Assembly: GCF_009914755.1 (NCBI RefSeq)
Contig: NC_060928.1
Origin: the human T2T-CHM13v2.0 reference genome, Homo sapiens
Length of the DNA stretch: 64,000 nucleotides
Reading direction: 5' to 3' (one strand)
A program made the position numbers and the translations under genes. This document shows positions 21,569 to 34,570 of the stretch, in pieces. Every line of letters starts with the position of its first letter. The stretch's first letter is position 1. The notes under the pieces were generated by a model, which was not told the DNA's origin, did not search any database, and saw nothing but the letters and a program-made list of their open reading frames with translations.

Positions 21569-22394
21569 CTTCTGCCTTCTTTAGTTTTCCAGTTTAAAAT
21601 ATACTCTTCAAAGAACCTGCTGTGATGATTGGACAAGTGGACTTAAGGTGTGTAGTGATAAATAGTGTTTTCCTTCTTACAGTTATTATGACTAAATGGC
21701 TAGTGTATAACAATGATTTTAAGCAACCTGATAGTTATTATCACAGCCTTGACACAATCCTGCTTCAAAGTAAATGCATGCAGACCATGATGATTATCAA
21801 ATGTTATTTCCCTTTTCTTCTGAGAGGCCTGTGAAAATATGTGATAAATCATAGGCAAAGTCAATAAGATTAGCACTTTCTGCTTACTAATTCCAATGGT
21901 TTAATTTAACTATTTTCTTTTGAAAGATTACTTCTTTGTTCTAATTCATCATCTAGAAATTGCTTGTTACAAATGAAAGCCTCTTCCTTTCCCAATGCAA
22001 TTAGAAAGACATTAAAAATATATCTCCATATGACACACCTGCTTACTCAAAATTACAAAATAGGTTATGTGGTGGTTTGGTAATTAAGCATGTTTTGATC
22101 AGATTTTTGAAGCTGAAAAATTACTTAGTTGTGTAGAAATACACTCATTTTACTGTTGCTTTCCTTGTAATACTTACAACAAACATTTTAATTTTTCAGT
22201 TTTGCCTTCATTGGGCTTATACAAAGTAGAGGGGATATGACAAGGAAAAAAAGGATAATGATGGAATTAGATATAATGAAAGAAGTTTAAAAATTTATTC
22301 CTTTCAGAGGAAGGGAGGCATTCAGGGCATGGCTTTCCTTCTCAATCTGCCTTACCTACTGAGAATCTCCCTTGACCACAAGAGGGATCAGTGA

Positions 22395-22525
22395 TAATTC
22401 ATTGTCTATCATTTCTTAGCTATGTATTAGCATACTTCTTTCCAGGTGCTATGCCAGATACTGGGAGTATAGCAATGAAGCAGTTATATATGAATTCTAT
22501 TCTTGAAGCCTAGAGTCTAGCAGTA
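22395..22525 (-). mobile_element. L2 3'-end fragment
   Basis: 'tccaggtgctatgccagatactgggagtatagcaatgaag...cctagagtctagcag'. Confidence 0.55.
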
Positions 22526-22591
22526 TTTTTTCACATTAAGAAATAGGAAGGAAAAAAAGGATCTGAGAAGTCCTGAGATGAAAGTACTTTA

Positions 22592-23997
22592 GCCCTCTCC
22601 CTCTCCCTCTCCCTCTCCCTCTCCCCACCGTCTCCCTCTCCCCACCGTCTCCCTCTCCCTCTCTCTCCACGGTCTCCCTCTGATGCCCAGCCGAAGCTGG
22701 ACTGTACTGCCACCATCTCGGCTCACTGCAACCTCCCTACCTGATTCTCCTGCCTCAGCCTGCCGAGTGCCTGGGATTGCAGGCACGCGCCGCCACGCCT
22801 GACTGGTTTTCGTATTTTTTTGGTGGAGACGGGGTTTCGCTGTGTTGGCCGGGCTGGTCTCCAGCTCCTAACCGTGAGTGATCTGCCAGCCTCGGCCTCC
22901 TGAGGTGCTGGGATTGCAGACGGAGTCTCACTCACTCAGTGCTCAATGTTGCCCAGGCTGGAGTGCAGTGGCGTGATCTCGGCTAGCTACAACCTCCACC
23001 TCCCAGCCGCCTGCCTTGGCCTCCCAAAGTGCCGAGAATGTAGCCTCTGCCCGGCCGCCACCCCATCTGGGAAGTGAGGAGTGTCTCTGCCTGGCCGCCC
23101 ATCGTCTGGGATGTGAGGAGCCCCTCTGCCCTGCCGCCCAGTCTGGGAAGTGAGGAGCGCCTCTTCCCGGCCGCCATCCCGTCTAGGAAGTGAGGAGCGT
23201 CTCTGCCCAGCTGCCCATCGTCTGAGATGCGGGGAGCGCCTCTGCCCCGCCGCCCCCTCTGGGATGTGAGGAGCCTCTCTGCCTGGCCGCCCCGTCTGAG
23301 AAGTGAAGAGCCCCCTCCGCCCAGGAGCCACCCCGTCCGGGAGGGAGGTGGGGGGCAGCCCCCGCCCGGCCAGCCGCCCCGTCCGGGAGGTGGGGGGCAC
23401 CTCCGCCCGGCTGCCCTGTCTGGGAAGTGAGGAGCCTCTCTGCCCGGCAGCCACCCCGTCTGGGAGGTGTACCCAACAGCTCATTGAGAACGGGCCATGA
23501 TGACGATGGCGGTTTTGTCGAATAGAAAAGGGGGAAATGTGGGGAAAAGATAGAGAAATCAGATTGTTGCTGTGTCTGTGTAGAGGGAAGTAGACGTAGG
23601 AGACTCCATTTTGTTCTGTACTAAGAAAAATTCTTCTGCCTTGGGATGCTGTTAATCTATAACCTTACCCCCAACCCCGTGCTCTCTGAAACATGTGCTG
23701 TGTCCACTCAGGGTTAAATGGATTAAGGGCGGTGCAAGATGTCCTTTGTTAAACAGATGCTTGAAGGCAGCATGCTCTATAAGAGTCATCACCACTCCCT
23801 AATCTCAAGTACCCAGGGACACAAACACTGCAGAAAGCCACAGGGTCCTCTGCCTAGGAAAACCAGAGACCCTTGTTCACATGTTTATCTGCTGACCTTC
23901 CCTCCACTATTGTCCTATGACCCTGCCAAATCCCCCTCTCTGAGAAACACCCAAGAATGATCAATAAATACTAAAAAAAAAAAAAAAAAAAAAAAAA
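22592..23997 (+). mobile_element. Full-length SVA (older B/C-like)
   Basis: (CCCTCT)n hexamers, antisense Alu-like domain, GC-rich VNTR (~23045-23470), SINE-R, AATAAA at 23963, A25 tail. Confidence 0.96.
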
Positions 23998-24367
23998 GAA
24001 ATGGTAACAATGGACACCTTTACCTTGTTTCCAATCTTAGTGGGAAAGTATTCAGTTTTTCACCATTATGAATGATGTTATCTATAGGTTCTTTGTAGAT
24101 GGCCCTCATCAATTTGAGGAAGTTCCCTTCTATTCCTAGTTTGCTGACTATATTTATCATGGCCCGAAGGTGAACTTTTTCAAATGCCTTTTCTGTATCT
24201 ATTGGGACAACCATATGGTTTGTTTTTTAATACACTTATGTGGTGAATTGCATTTATTGATTTTTGAATGTTACAGTATACTTACATTCCTGGTATAAAT
24301 TCTACTTTTTCATGATGTATTATCTTTTAAAAATATGATTAAAATATGATTGAATGTAGCTTACTAA

Positions 24368-24398
<31 letters not shown>

Positions 24399-24412
24399 AA
24401 AAAACATGTAAA
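23998..24412 (+). other. SVA 3'-transduced segment (antisense old L1 ORF2 fragment) with second A/(AAAT)n tail
   Basis: Minus-strand peptide IDTEKAFEKV..KLGIEGNFLKL..FPLRLETR; enclosed with the SVA by TSD aagaaataggaagg at 22538-22551 and 24413-24426. Confidence 0.85.
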
Positions 24413-24499
24413 AAGAAATAGGAAGGTATGGAGAAAAATGAGTGTTTAACTGTGTAAGAGAATGTGGTGCCCACTGATTCTGGATTGTTCCAACTTCTC

Positions 24500-24620
24500 T
24501 TGTAAATGTTTGAGATGGACATGCTAATTACCCTTAACTGATCACTATACATTGTACATATCAAAATATGTACCCCATGAATATGTAAAGTTATTATTTG
24601 TTAATAAAAAATAAAATTTT
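24500..24620 (+). mobile_element. L1MA 3'-end fragment
   Basis: 'aaatgtttgagatggacatgctaattaccct...tgtaccccatgaatatgt..ttattatttgttaataaaaaataaaa'. Confidence 0.65.
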
Positions 24621-26490
24621 GAAAATATTTTAAATAAATACAAAGTAAAAGTACAGTCATCTCCAGTATCCAATTTAAAAAAAATTGTGTGTGAAAATTG
24701 AATGAAATTTCAAAAAGAAAGACTTAACAAAAGTGTATGCCTTAGAGAATGAGAAGGTTGAGGAGATCATACCTGAAGATGAGATTTTCTGACTAAAACA
24801 ATTTGGTGGAATATCTGCTTGTTGTAGCCCAGATTCTGAATCCTGCTCTTATCTGAACCTATTTATTTGATTTCCTAATTCTTCCTCATGCTTTTTCTCT
24901 TACTATAAGATATCCAAAAGTCTTAGCCTTAGAGTACTGAGGGAAGGAGCAGAGAGGGCAAAAGAAATGGTAGAACATCAGAAAATGACTGTTAGAGTAG
25001 GAGCCTACATTCTGGCATTTAAAACTTGGAAGTGGGTATAAGCATGCACTTATGCAAATGTATGAGAACGTATGAGTCAAGCATGATAGACAACTTGATA
25101 GAAGATGTTAACAGGTTTTAGATAACAGCAAACTAAATTGGTTTGACTACATAAGTATAATACAAATTATGATCATTTTTATGCTTACTATTACTATTTA
25201 TTCCTAATGCTATTGCTGACTATTTATTCCTAATGACCAATAAGTTTGTCTATTTTATTATGAATTATTATATTTAGAAAATCATATTTCTTCTAAACCT
25301 TATTTCCTCCCCATATTTTGCTTAGAATATCTACTGGCAATATGCCCCAGTTATTTGCTAACTATTATAAAGAGAATGGATACTTGTCATGTGTTGATTA
25401 TTTTTTTCTCTCCTACAACTCCAGGGCACTTAGTGTGGTATATTTCATACTTGAATTTTTATTATAACAGGCCTCCCAAATATAAGCATAATAGGGTAAA
25501 ATTTCAGGTTGTGTTGATGGCTTGTGGAGGAGTTATTTTGGGGAAGAAGAGCTTGTCAAAATTCCAGATTTCTGTCTCTGACACCAATCTTCTACTTGAC
25601 AGTTCTCTCACATTTTTAGTGTTAGCATGTTGATTGTTTCCTACCATGTTGAGATATTTTTTCTTCCTTGCCAATTTCAGATCATCATAGTCTAGCCCTT
25701 TTACCCTTGTATTATACTTCTTTCCTTTGTTATTTCATCAGTTTAGTTTTGCAGTTTTATTCAGTCAGTTCACCCTTTGAGTTTTGAGGTCTTACAATCA
25801 AACTACTGAGCATTGCTGAAAATCAATCAATCAATGTACCTCCACTTAATTATGCTGACAGGTCCTCCTTAAAAATTCTTGTACTTTACCAGACACTCTT
25901 TCCATGTGGAATTGAAATCACTTCCTATTTCCAAAATTCTCATCATGTCTTCAGATCTCTTTCTTCTACACCTTCCTTCTCATACTTAGCAAGTGATGTT
26001 GTCTCCAATGTATCTGCAAAATTAAAAACCATCAGCCAAGAATTTTGACATTTCTGTGCATTTTACCCATCTTTTCATTGTTTGTTATTGTCTCAATTAC
26101 AGTGGTTTTTCCCATCCTAAAACCCACTCTTTGATCTGTGCTACTTGTTCTTTCAATCATTCCTCTTTTTCCCTGTCTTCAACATCTCATTCTTTTTTCC
26201 CTTTTTCTTTAGTAATGAAACATATCTAAGAATCTACATTAAAGAGCTTTTCTTGACCACATTCCCTTATAATTACCACTTTTATCTCCTATTTCATTCC
26301 TAGATGAGCTGCTTTAATGACATACGTAAATTCAATATTTTCTTTCCTTTACTCAAAATGAAATTTTTAGGTATTAAATGTTATACCCTTCAGTTAATGT
26401 ACTCTCCTATCAATTACCTGCATGCTAAACCAAATAGTCACTTCCCTTCCTTAACTTTCTTGATCTTTCTGTAGCAGTATAATTTGACAT

Positions 26491-27420
26491 TTGCATTACT
26501 TTCCCAGATCTATCATAACAAAATACTACAAACCAAGTATTTTGAAACAACAGAAATTTATTTTTCACCATTTGTGAGGCTAGAAGTCTGAAATCAAGTC
26601 ATGGGCAAGGTTAGTCCTTGTGGAGTCTCTGAGGGACAATATGTTCTATTCCTTTCTCCTAGCTTCTGTTGGTTGCTGGCAATCTTTGGGGTTCCCTAGT
26701 TTATAGATGCATCACTCCAATCTCTACCTCCGTTATTACATGGTGTTTTCCCTATGTCCTTCACATTATCATTCCTGTATGTTTCTCTGTGTGTACATTT
26801 CTTCTTCTTTTAAGGACGGTAGTCATGTGATTAGGGACAACTCCAAATCTAATTTCAACTTGATTTCTTGTTCAAAATCCTATTTCCAAATACGATCACA
26901 TTCACAGGTACTGAGTGCTAGTATTAGAACATAGTTTTGGGGGTAGAAGGAACACAATTCTTCCCACAACTGTCCACCATCTTGCTCCTCAAAATTCATG
27001 TCTTTCCCATGTGCAAAGTATATTCACACCATCCAACATCCCCCAAAATCTTAACCCATTCTCCACTACAAACTCTAGGTCCAAAATTTTATTTAAATAT
27101 CCACTCAAAAATTCCCCAGTCTCATCACCTAAATGAGATATACATGAGACTCTGGTTATAGTCCATCCTTGGGCAAAATTGTTCTTTATGCACAGGCCTC
27201 TGAAACTGGGAAACAAGTTATCTTTTTCCAAAATACAGTGATGGAACAGGCACAAGATAGACATTCCTATTCCAAAAGGGAGATAATGAGAGGAATTAAG
27301 GGATCACTGGTCTGAAGCAAGTTTGCAACCCATCAGGAAAAAATTATTAAATATCAGGGCCTGAGAATTATCATTTGTGGCTTGATGCTCTGTCCTCTGG
27401 GTCTGTGGAGGTTTCACCCT
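26491..27420 (-). mobile_element. MLT1 (B/C-like) LTR (~26491-26970) plus adjoining MaLR internal sequence
   Basis: aaacaacagaaatttatt..ggctagaagtctgaaatcaag LTR motifs, then MLT-int 'caaaattcatgtc...aaaatacagtgatggaacaggca'. Confidence 0.75.
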
Positions 27421-28264
27421 GGCCTCAATTGCATAACAAATAAATTACTCTTGTGTTTACAGACAGAAAACATAATTTAAAGATATTTAAATTGATATAA
27501 CATTGATATATATCAGTGTTACCATTGTGTTCATGACTTTGATTTTTTTATCTGTACACATTTCTGTATTTCTACATTTATATTGTTTATAAATCTTTTA
27601 AAATGAATTACTAAAAAATGTAAATTGTAAAAAGAAAAATGACCTGGCTTAGGAACTCCTTGATGGTGAGAAAGAAGGGGACAAATTGAAAATGTTTTCT
27701 GAGTCTGAACAGCTAGTTGAAAGAAATACCCTTTTTACTATGGTTGAAAAGATGTGCCCTACTGAACAAAAATCACACATGAAGATTTACTTTCATTAAT
27801 GCTTTGGTATTGTTTCCTAATGGACTGACTAGCTAATTGAATCTGATGACATGTTAATAATATTACTGTAATAGCTCCAAAAATATCAAAAGACATTTTA
27901 ACAAAATCAGACATTGCATACTAATTATCAAATTAGTGTTCTACAGTTTGGTAAGTTGTGGCTTTGAGGAAGTGAATCAACCAATAAACATCTCGTCTTT
28001 TATTATTTATTTTTGACTGTTCCTGGGAAACAGTGAAGAGCACAAGCTTTGGAAACTGATCGATTAAGGTTTGACTGGAAACTCTTGCTCCTTTTAGTTT
28101 ACTAACCCTACCTTCTCTTAGGCTCCATTTCATCCTCAGTAAAATTGTGATATTTTTATTTAAACATATATCTTTTGTATAAAATGTTTACTAAATGGGA
28201 ACAGAATTTATAATTTCTATATTAGTTTAATTTAGTCCCTAAGTATAGAAAATGATTTTATAAA

Positions 28265-28510
28265 AATAATAGTTAACATTCATAAAGCCCCTTGTGTGTT
28301 CTAGACTTCCAAGCGTGTTCTTTACACTAATTAAGCTATTTATATGTCCTAAGTGTCCTGTGCAATGATATTATTATTATTCTCATTTTTGGATTAGGAA
28401 ATGAGGCATAAAAGAGATTAAATAAGTTATCTGAAGTTATACGTAATATCTAGAAAATAGTGGAAGGCATGGTTGTACCCAGAATCTGGTACCAGAGTCT
28501 AGGATCTTAG
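28265..28510 (-). mobile_element. MIR
   Basis: 'attattatttctcatttttggattaggaaatgaggcataaaagagattaaataagtt'. Confidence 0.65.
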
Positions 28511-29020
28511 TCATACTATCATACCATCTTTCTAAGAAAACAAGCAAACAAACCATGTAAAGGTTGGCAAAAAAAATCACATAAAAAGTTAGAACTACAA
28601 CTAAATACAATTTAATACATTGTTCTTTTCTCAAATAGCTCTACCCGTAATCACCTCATCTTCAAGAGAAAAACAAAACAAAACAAAGGGAGCAAACAAA
28701 AACCATCAAATAATAAGGCATGAACATTGTCTAGTTAAAACTGATGGTTCAAAGATGTCATCACTCTGCTTTTCTGTCTGAAACAAACAAATAAACACAA
28801 AACAATAAAAATATGTACAAATACAAAAGAAAACTTCAGTGGAACCTGTGGATAATTTCAACTCCAGATTACAATAAACAGAGCAGCACTGGCTTATCCA
28901 ATCAAATATTGTATTAATGCCAACGGGGATAACTGCCAAGTGGGAATAAATTGGTAGAGTTCATAGTTTTCCTGATAAGTGGGATACTCAAAGAAGTTGG
29001 ATCAATCATTGTCTGCTAAG

Positions 29021-29440
29021 TGTCTTAGTCTATTTTATGTTGACCTAACAGGATGTCCTAGACTAATTTATAAAGAAAAGAGATTTATTTAGCTCACAAT
29101 TCTACAGGCTAAAAACTTCAAGGGCATAGCCCTGGTTTATAGCAAGTTTGTGCTGTGTCATAACATGGCAGAGAAGGTCAAAAGGGAAGTGGAAACATGC
29201 GAAGAAAGAAAATCGTAGGGGCTAAATTCCTGGCTTTAGAATAACCACTCTTTGCAGGAATACTCCTATGAGAACTAATCCAGTTTCAGACAGCAAGAAC
29301 CAACCCACTACCAAGCCATTCATAAGATACACACCCCTTTCACCCAAACACCTCCCACTAGGTCCCATCTCCCAATGTCACTGCATTTGGGATCAAATTT
29401 CAATCTGAGTTTTGGTGTGGACAAACTCAAACTCCAATTA
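29021..29440 (-). mobile_element. MaLR LTR (older MST/MLT1A-like)
   Basis: tgtcttagtctatttt...cctcccactaggtcccatctcccaa...aaatttcaatctgagttttgg. Confidence 0.7.
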
Positions 29441-29799
29441 TATGATTGCTCCGAAGGACTGTGTGAACATTCATGAGTCCTATGTAACAACAAAAGGTGG
29501 CAAGAGAAGAAAAATTAAACGAAGACATTGGAATTGAAGCCATTTCACCAGAATAGATTCTGTAATGATTTAGAGTAAAGGTAAAATTTAGTTGTCAGTT
29601 TTGCAGTTGCTGATTTAGAGAGCCAAAGAAATTTGAAAGACAAATTATTACATAAAAATTAAAATGTGGGAGCTTCATTATAAGGCATGAAAAGTTCATA
29701 CGCCAGGGTAGACATTCATCAGAAAGTGTTCAGTGGTAACAGAACAACAGAACTCTACCCAAACTCCTATCACCAAGACCAAAACTTAGGCTTTTGTTT

Positions 29800-30900
29800 T
29801 GGGAAATAGCTGGCCAGAAAGAACAACTTCCACCCACACACATTCAAAGATAAACAAAAATCAATTTAAAAAATCACTAAAACCTATGTAAAGGTTTTAT
29901 ACAAAAGAAAAAAGAGACATGACAAAGAAATGTCAGATAAATAAGTACTTTAAAATGCCAATAAAATTAGTGAGTGAAAACTAAAGAAATTTAAAGAAAT
30001 AGTCAATTAAATGAAACCCAAAGAATAAAAAATATTATAAAAATAAAATCATATTAGATGCAGAAGTAAAAATGTTTCCATTACATGAAACAGAGCATGA
30101 AGGGTAGGTTTGAAAGGAATCAAACAAAACATGAAATAATTTAACAAGATTATAAAGGAAATTATAGCCATAGAATAAGTGATCCAACACATTCATAGAG
30201 TTTCTGAAAAGAATCAAATACATGGGATGAGAAAAATTACACAAAAATACAATATAAGAGAGTCATCAAAAATGGAGTAGGGAATTCCAAAAGTCTGTCC
30301 CTTCACAAAAGCAATAAACTGACAAAAATGACAAGAATTAGCTTTCAGAATTCTGGAAACTAACAAAAAGCTTACAGCAACCAGAGCAATACTTAATTTA
30401 AAAAAATAGCTGAATCTCAAAAAGAGAGCTTTAATGGCATTTTAATATATTAAAATACCATGGCCCTATCCCCAACTCCCCAGCTCAGTGGTGATACACG
30501 AAGAAAAAGATACTGTTCCTATAAAAGAAAAACTACATCTAGATTCAGAAAGATTAATCATGTCACAATCAAAATTCACTCAAAAGAATAAAGTTAATAT
30601 ATATTCAAATGAGGTTAGTCGGTCTTTGGATAAGGAAATAATTTTATAAGTAACAGGTTAAAAAATATCAAATTACTCATAAGTTTAATAAATCAATATG
30701 GCCTTGAAATTTTGTAAAACAACAATACCCATTGGAAGACAGTTGAGAAATTCTTCAAACTTCTTAGGGAAATAACGTGTTCCAAGAAATTTTTATCCAT
30801 TGATTAAACTCATGTTCAAATATAAAGATCATAGAAAGACATCTTCAAATATGCAAGGACTCAGGTCTTATAGCAGTGATGAATGTTAACTAGAAGACTA
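29800..30900 (+). mobile_element. Ancient L1M/HAL1 ORF1-region remnants with an inserted old L1 5'-end piece (~30260-30495)
   Basis: A-rich degenerate ORF1 motifs (ggaagacagttgagaaattcttcaaa..ttccaagaaattttatcc). Confidence 0.45.
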
Positions 30901-32286
30901 TAAAAAAATACTCCAACAAGCAAACAAACAAACAAACATCAGATAATTTCTTTGGAATTAAAACTCAGCCAACAAAAGGAGGACTAGAGAAGCTATGATT
31001 TAAAGATGGAGACCATGAGCCAGAGCTAGGTATGAGCCACTGTGCTGACTCCAAGGTGATTGATTGACATCCTGACCACATTGTTCTAAACAGCAACACA
31101 CAACATAGTCACAGATTATATGGGGAGTATTTTGTATAGCCTCTGTGCAAGAGCATGTCATATCACAAACGTTCCCCTTGAAAGTCCTTTATATCCACTG
31201 TAAAATGTAGTTTGTGCACATGGCATATTTTCTAAAGAATGAAATAGCTGGTCTTAAAACTTTGGAATGTATTGCTGCTTCTGCAGCTCAACTCAAGATA
31301 AAGATTACATTGTATTTTGAGTTCAGCTTGTATAAAAATTCACATTTAAAACACTAGAATCATGCTTATTTATGAAAAATCTTTACACTAGAGAGTTGAG
31401 AATGACCAACTGAGAGTCTTGTCTCCAATCTCCTCCTCCTCTCTATGACATATGCTAATTCAAGGTAATGAGAAGGGAAATGAGAAGGGTATTATCTGTA
31501 CAATGTAAATTATTTATCTCCCTCCTGTCTTCCTTTTCTTTCCATCTCTCAGCTCTTTTCTTTCCTTCTTTGCTTCTCAGGCATATTCACTGAAATTTAA
31601 GAAAATTAAATATGTATGTGAGGTAGAATCGTAGAATGAGGTTGATGATCATTTTGCCATCTGCATTTTTACTCTCAAAATAATTTGGAGATAATATTGC
31701 AAAGAAATAAAAACATGTTTATATGAATTTGCTAAAAATGAAGATAATTCCAGTAACAAGGATTTTTTTTTTTGCTTTCTTCATAAGACATAGTTCTGTT
31801 CAAGTAACTATAGGGTGGTAGGAAAGGTATCTGTTGATTATATGCAAACAATAAGATTTTCCATATTGATTCAATAGGTACAGGTGATGTAATTGAGAGA
31901 AAAATTAATTTTTCAAACTCATTAAAGTAATTAAAGTATATAACACCAAATGTAAGAACTGCTGGTTTATGTAGGGGGAGGTTGGGGAATGGTGGAATTA
32001 TTCAGTTTGTTTTTATTCCTTGAAATAAGAGCTCCTCAGATGCTAATTGAATCAAGTTAATCCCTAAAATTGTAGAATTCTATGATTGGTATATACTTTC
32101 TGTGTTACATATTAATTTGCTATCATTTGAAAGAGGAATTAGAAATTAGTGGGCACTGAAGGTGCTGATATCTTTACTTACATATGACTCATTTATTGTT
32201 GGTACATTTTTTCATTCAAATATTATAATCATTGCATAAGCTCTAGAAGAGTAAAGTTATGTTAAATAGAAAATAGATAAAATTTA

Positions 32287-32900
<614 letters not shown>

Positions 32901-33871
32901 TTAATAATGATACACAAAATTTTCTGGGTACACATTTATTCCAAAATGTTTTTAGTATTGAAGGGTATTTCTAAAACCATAATCTATAATCAACCTCCAT
33001 TTTGATTATAGATTATCAGCATGGTTTGGATTAGAAATTCAAACATAGCTAACTCCCCAAAGTATTAACTGCATTTTAATCTTTGTACTATTTTACACTG
33101 CCTAGCGTAGTATTCTACAAAGTTATTGACTGAGAACTAAAAAAGCATACACTGTCAATATGTACCTTTATATAAAAGTTATATACATGTATGATTGCAG
33201 TAATATGTGTATTTAAAATATTTAAACATAGAAGGTAAAGATAAGACCATAGAAAATATTTTTTAAAGCACGTGTAGGATTTTAGCATGTAATCTTCATT
33301 TATATAAAATAGCTTTGAAAATGAATATGAAAATTTTTCTTACTTCCATAATTTAAACTTTAATTTAAAATTATATTAATGATATTGCATAAACATTTCT
33401 GTCACATAATCTCTATAAGCAAGTTATTAACAACTTCGATACTTCCATGGCTGCTTACACAGCTGAGAGTCATAAGGTATGTTGAAATAGCTGCACTAGT
33501 ATTTACGGTATTGATACATTTCTCAATTGATTGAAATGTTTCTGTTTTTTCTTTTGAAGTCCCATCTTCTTCCCTGGGAACCTTTGGAGCTTCTCAGGGT
33601 CACAACAACTAAAAAGATAACATCTGTTACTGAATCACCTATAGGTGCTAGTGTACCTGTGATTGGCAAATTAAGGAATGATGACCTTTTTACGGGGAAG
33701 TTGGTGCATTTTTATTATCTGCTGAGGCTGTCTCCAATCATGCTAAACATCTCCCCAAGTACTAATCATAATTATTGTTAGTGCTGTTATCACTAAGTTG
33801 CATACATTTTGAGAGGTGCCCTTAATCCTACTTTCCCCATAAGCCCCATTTTTTAAAATGTAATTTCTTTT

Positions 33872-34363
33872 TTTTTTTTTTCCCAATCTTGGGTATGTCT
33901 TTATCAGCAGCATGAAAACAGACTAATACATATATTCTCATCCAGATATTACCACCATTTTCCAGTTGCATCAACAGTTCCTAAAGTCCTACTCCATCTC
34001 CCACCCAGCTGCCACAGATTCTCTCAAAGTTCACACAGACACACACCCTCAGGTCATCTGGCTGAGTGTGGGCAACATCTGCATGTTCCCGTCTGCCATA
34101 TTGAAACCGGCCCAATTGTCCCCTAGAATTGACATTTATGGTTTATTTGAATAAACATAGGAATTGATCCTCCCACTCTTAAAACTTTAGAAAGTTACAT
34201 TTATCTTATCTGAGTTCCTTTCTCAGGAAACCAACCATCAGGCCTCCCAGGTAGCATCAAGGAACTGAAACTTAACAGATCACTGCATCTGGACAATATG
34301 TTACCAGACCCCATACCCATCATAACTGCCTAATCATGCTGGGTGCAGTGGCTCACACCTGTA
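33872..34363 (-). other. TSD-flanked retroposed mosaic (T-run, THE1 LTR 3' end, unique DNA, LOR1-like LTR 5' part, Alu 5' stub)
   Basis: 17-bp direct repeat aaaatgtaatttctttt at 33855-33871 and 34364-34380; the THE1 and Alu pieces are cut at the boundaries. Confidence 0.75.
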
Positions 34364-34399
34364 AAAATGTAATTTCTTTTCTAGGGTAGAAGTCTTTCA

Positions 34400-34570
34400 G
34401 GAACATTTATAATGACACATTAGAAATGCCTGTGCATAATTATTACTAATATCTTTTTTATGAATGAGAAAACTGAATAACAGAGAAGTAATTTGAACCT
34501 TAATTGGCAGAGCCAGGATTAAAATTTAGGTATTTCAACAGCAAGGGTCATAGTCTTAATCACCATGCTC
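34400..34570 (-). mobile_element. MIR
   Basis: 'tgaatgagaaaactgaataacagagaag...ggcagagccaggattaaaatttagg..cttaatcaccatgct'. Confidence 0.65.

Noticed and set aside
22531-23500. ORFs of 60-165 aa over the SVA
   Set aside because: Translations of the hexamer, Alu-like and VNTR repeats
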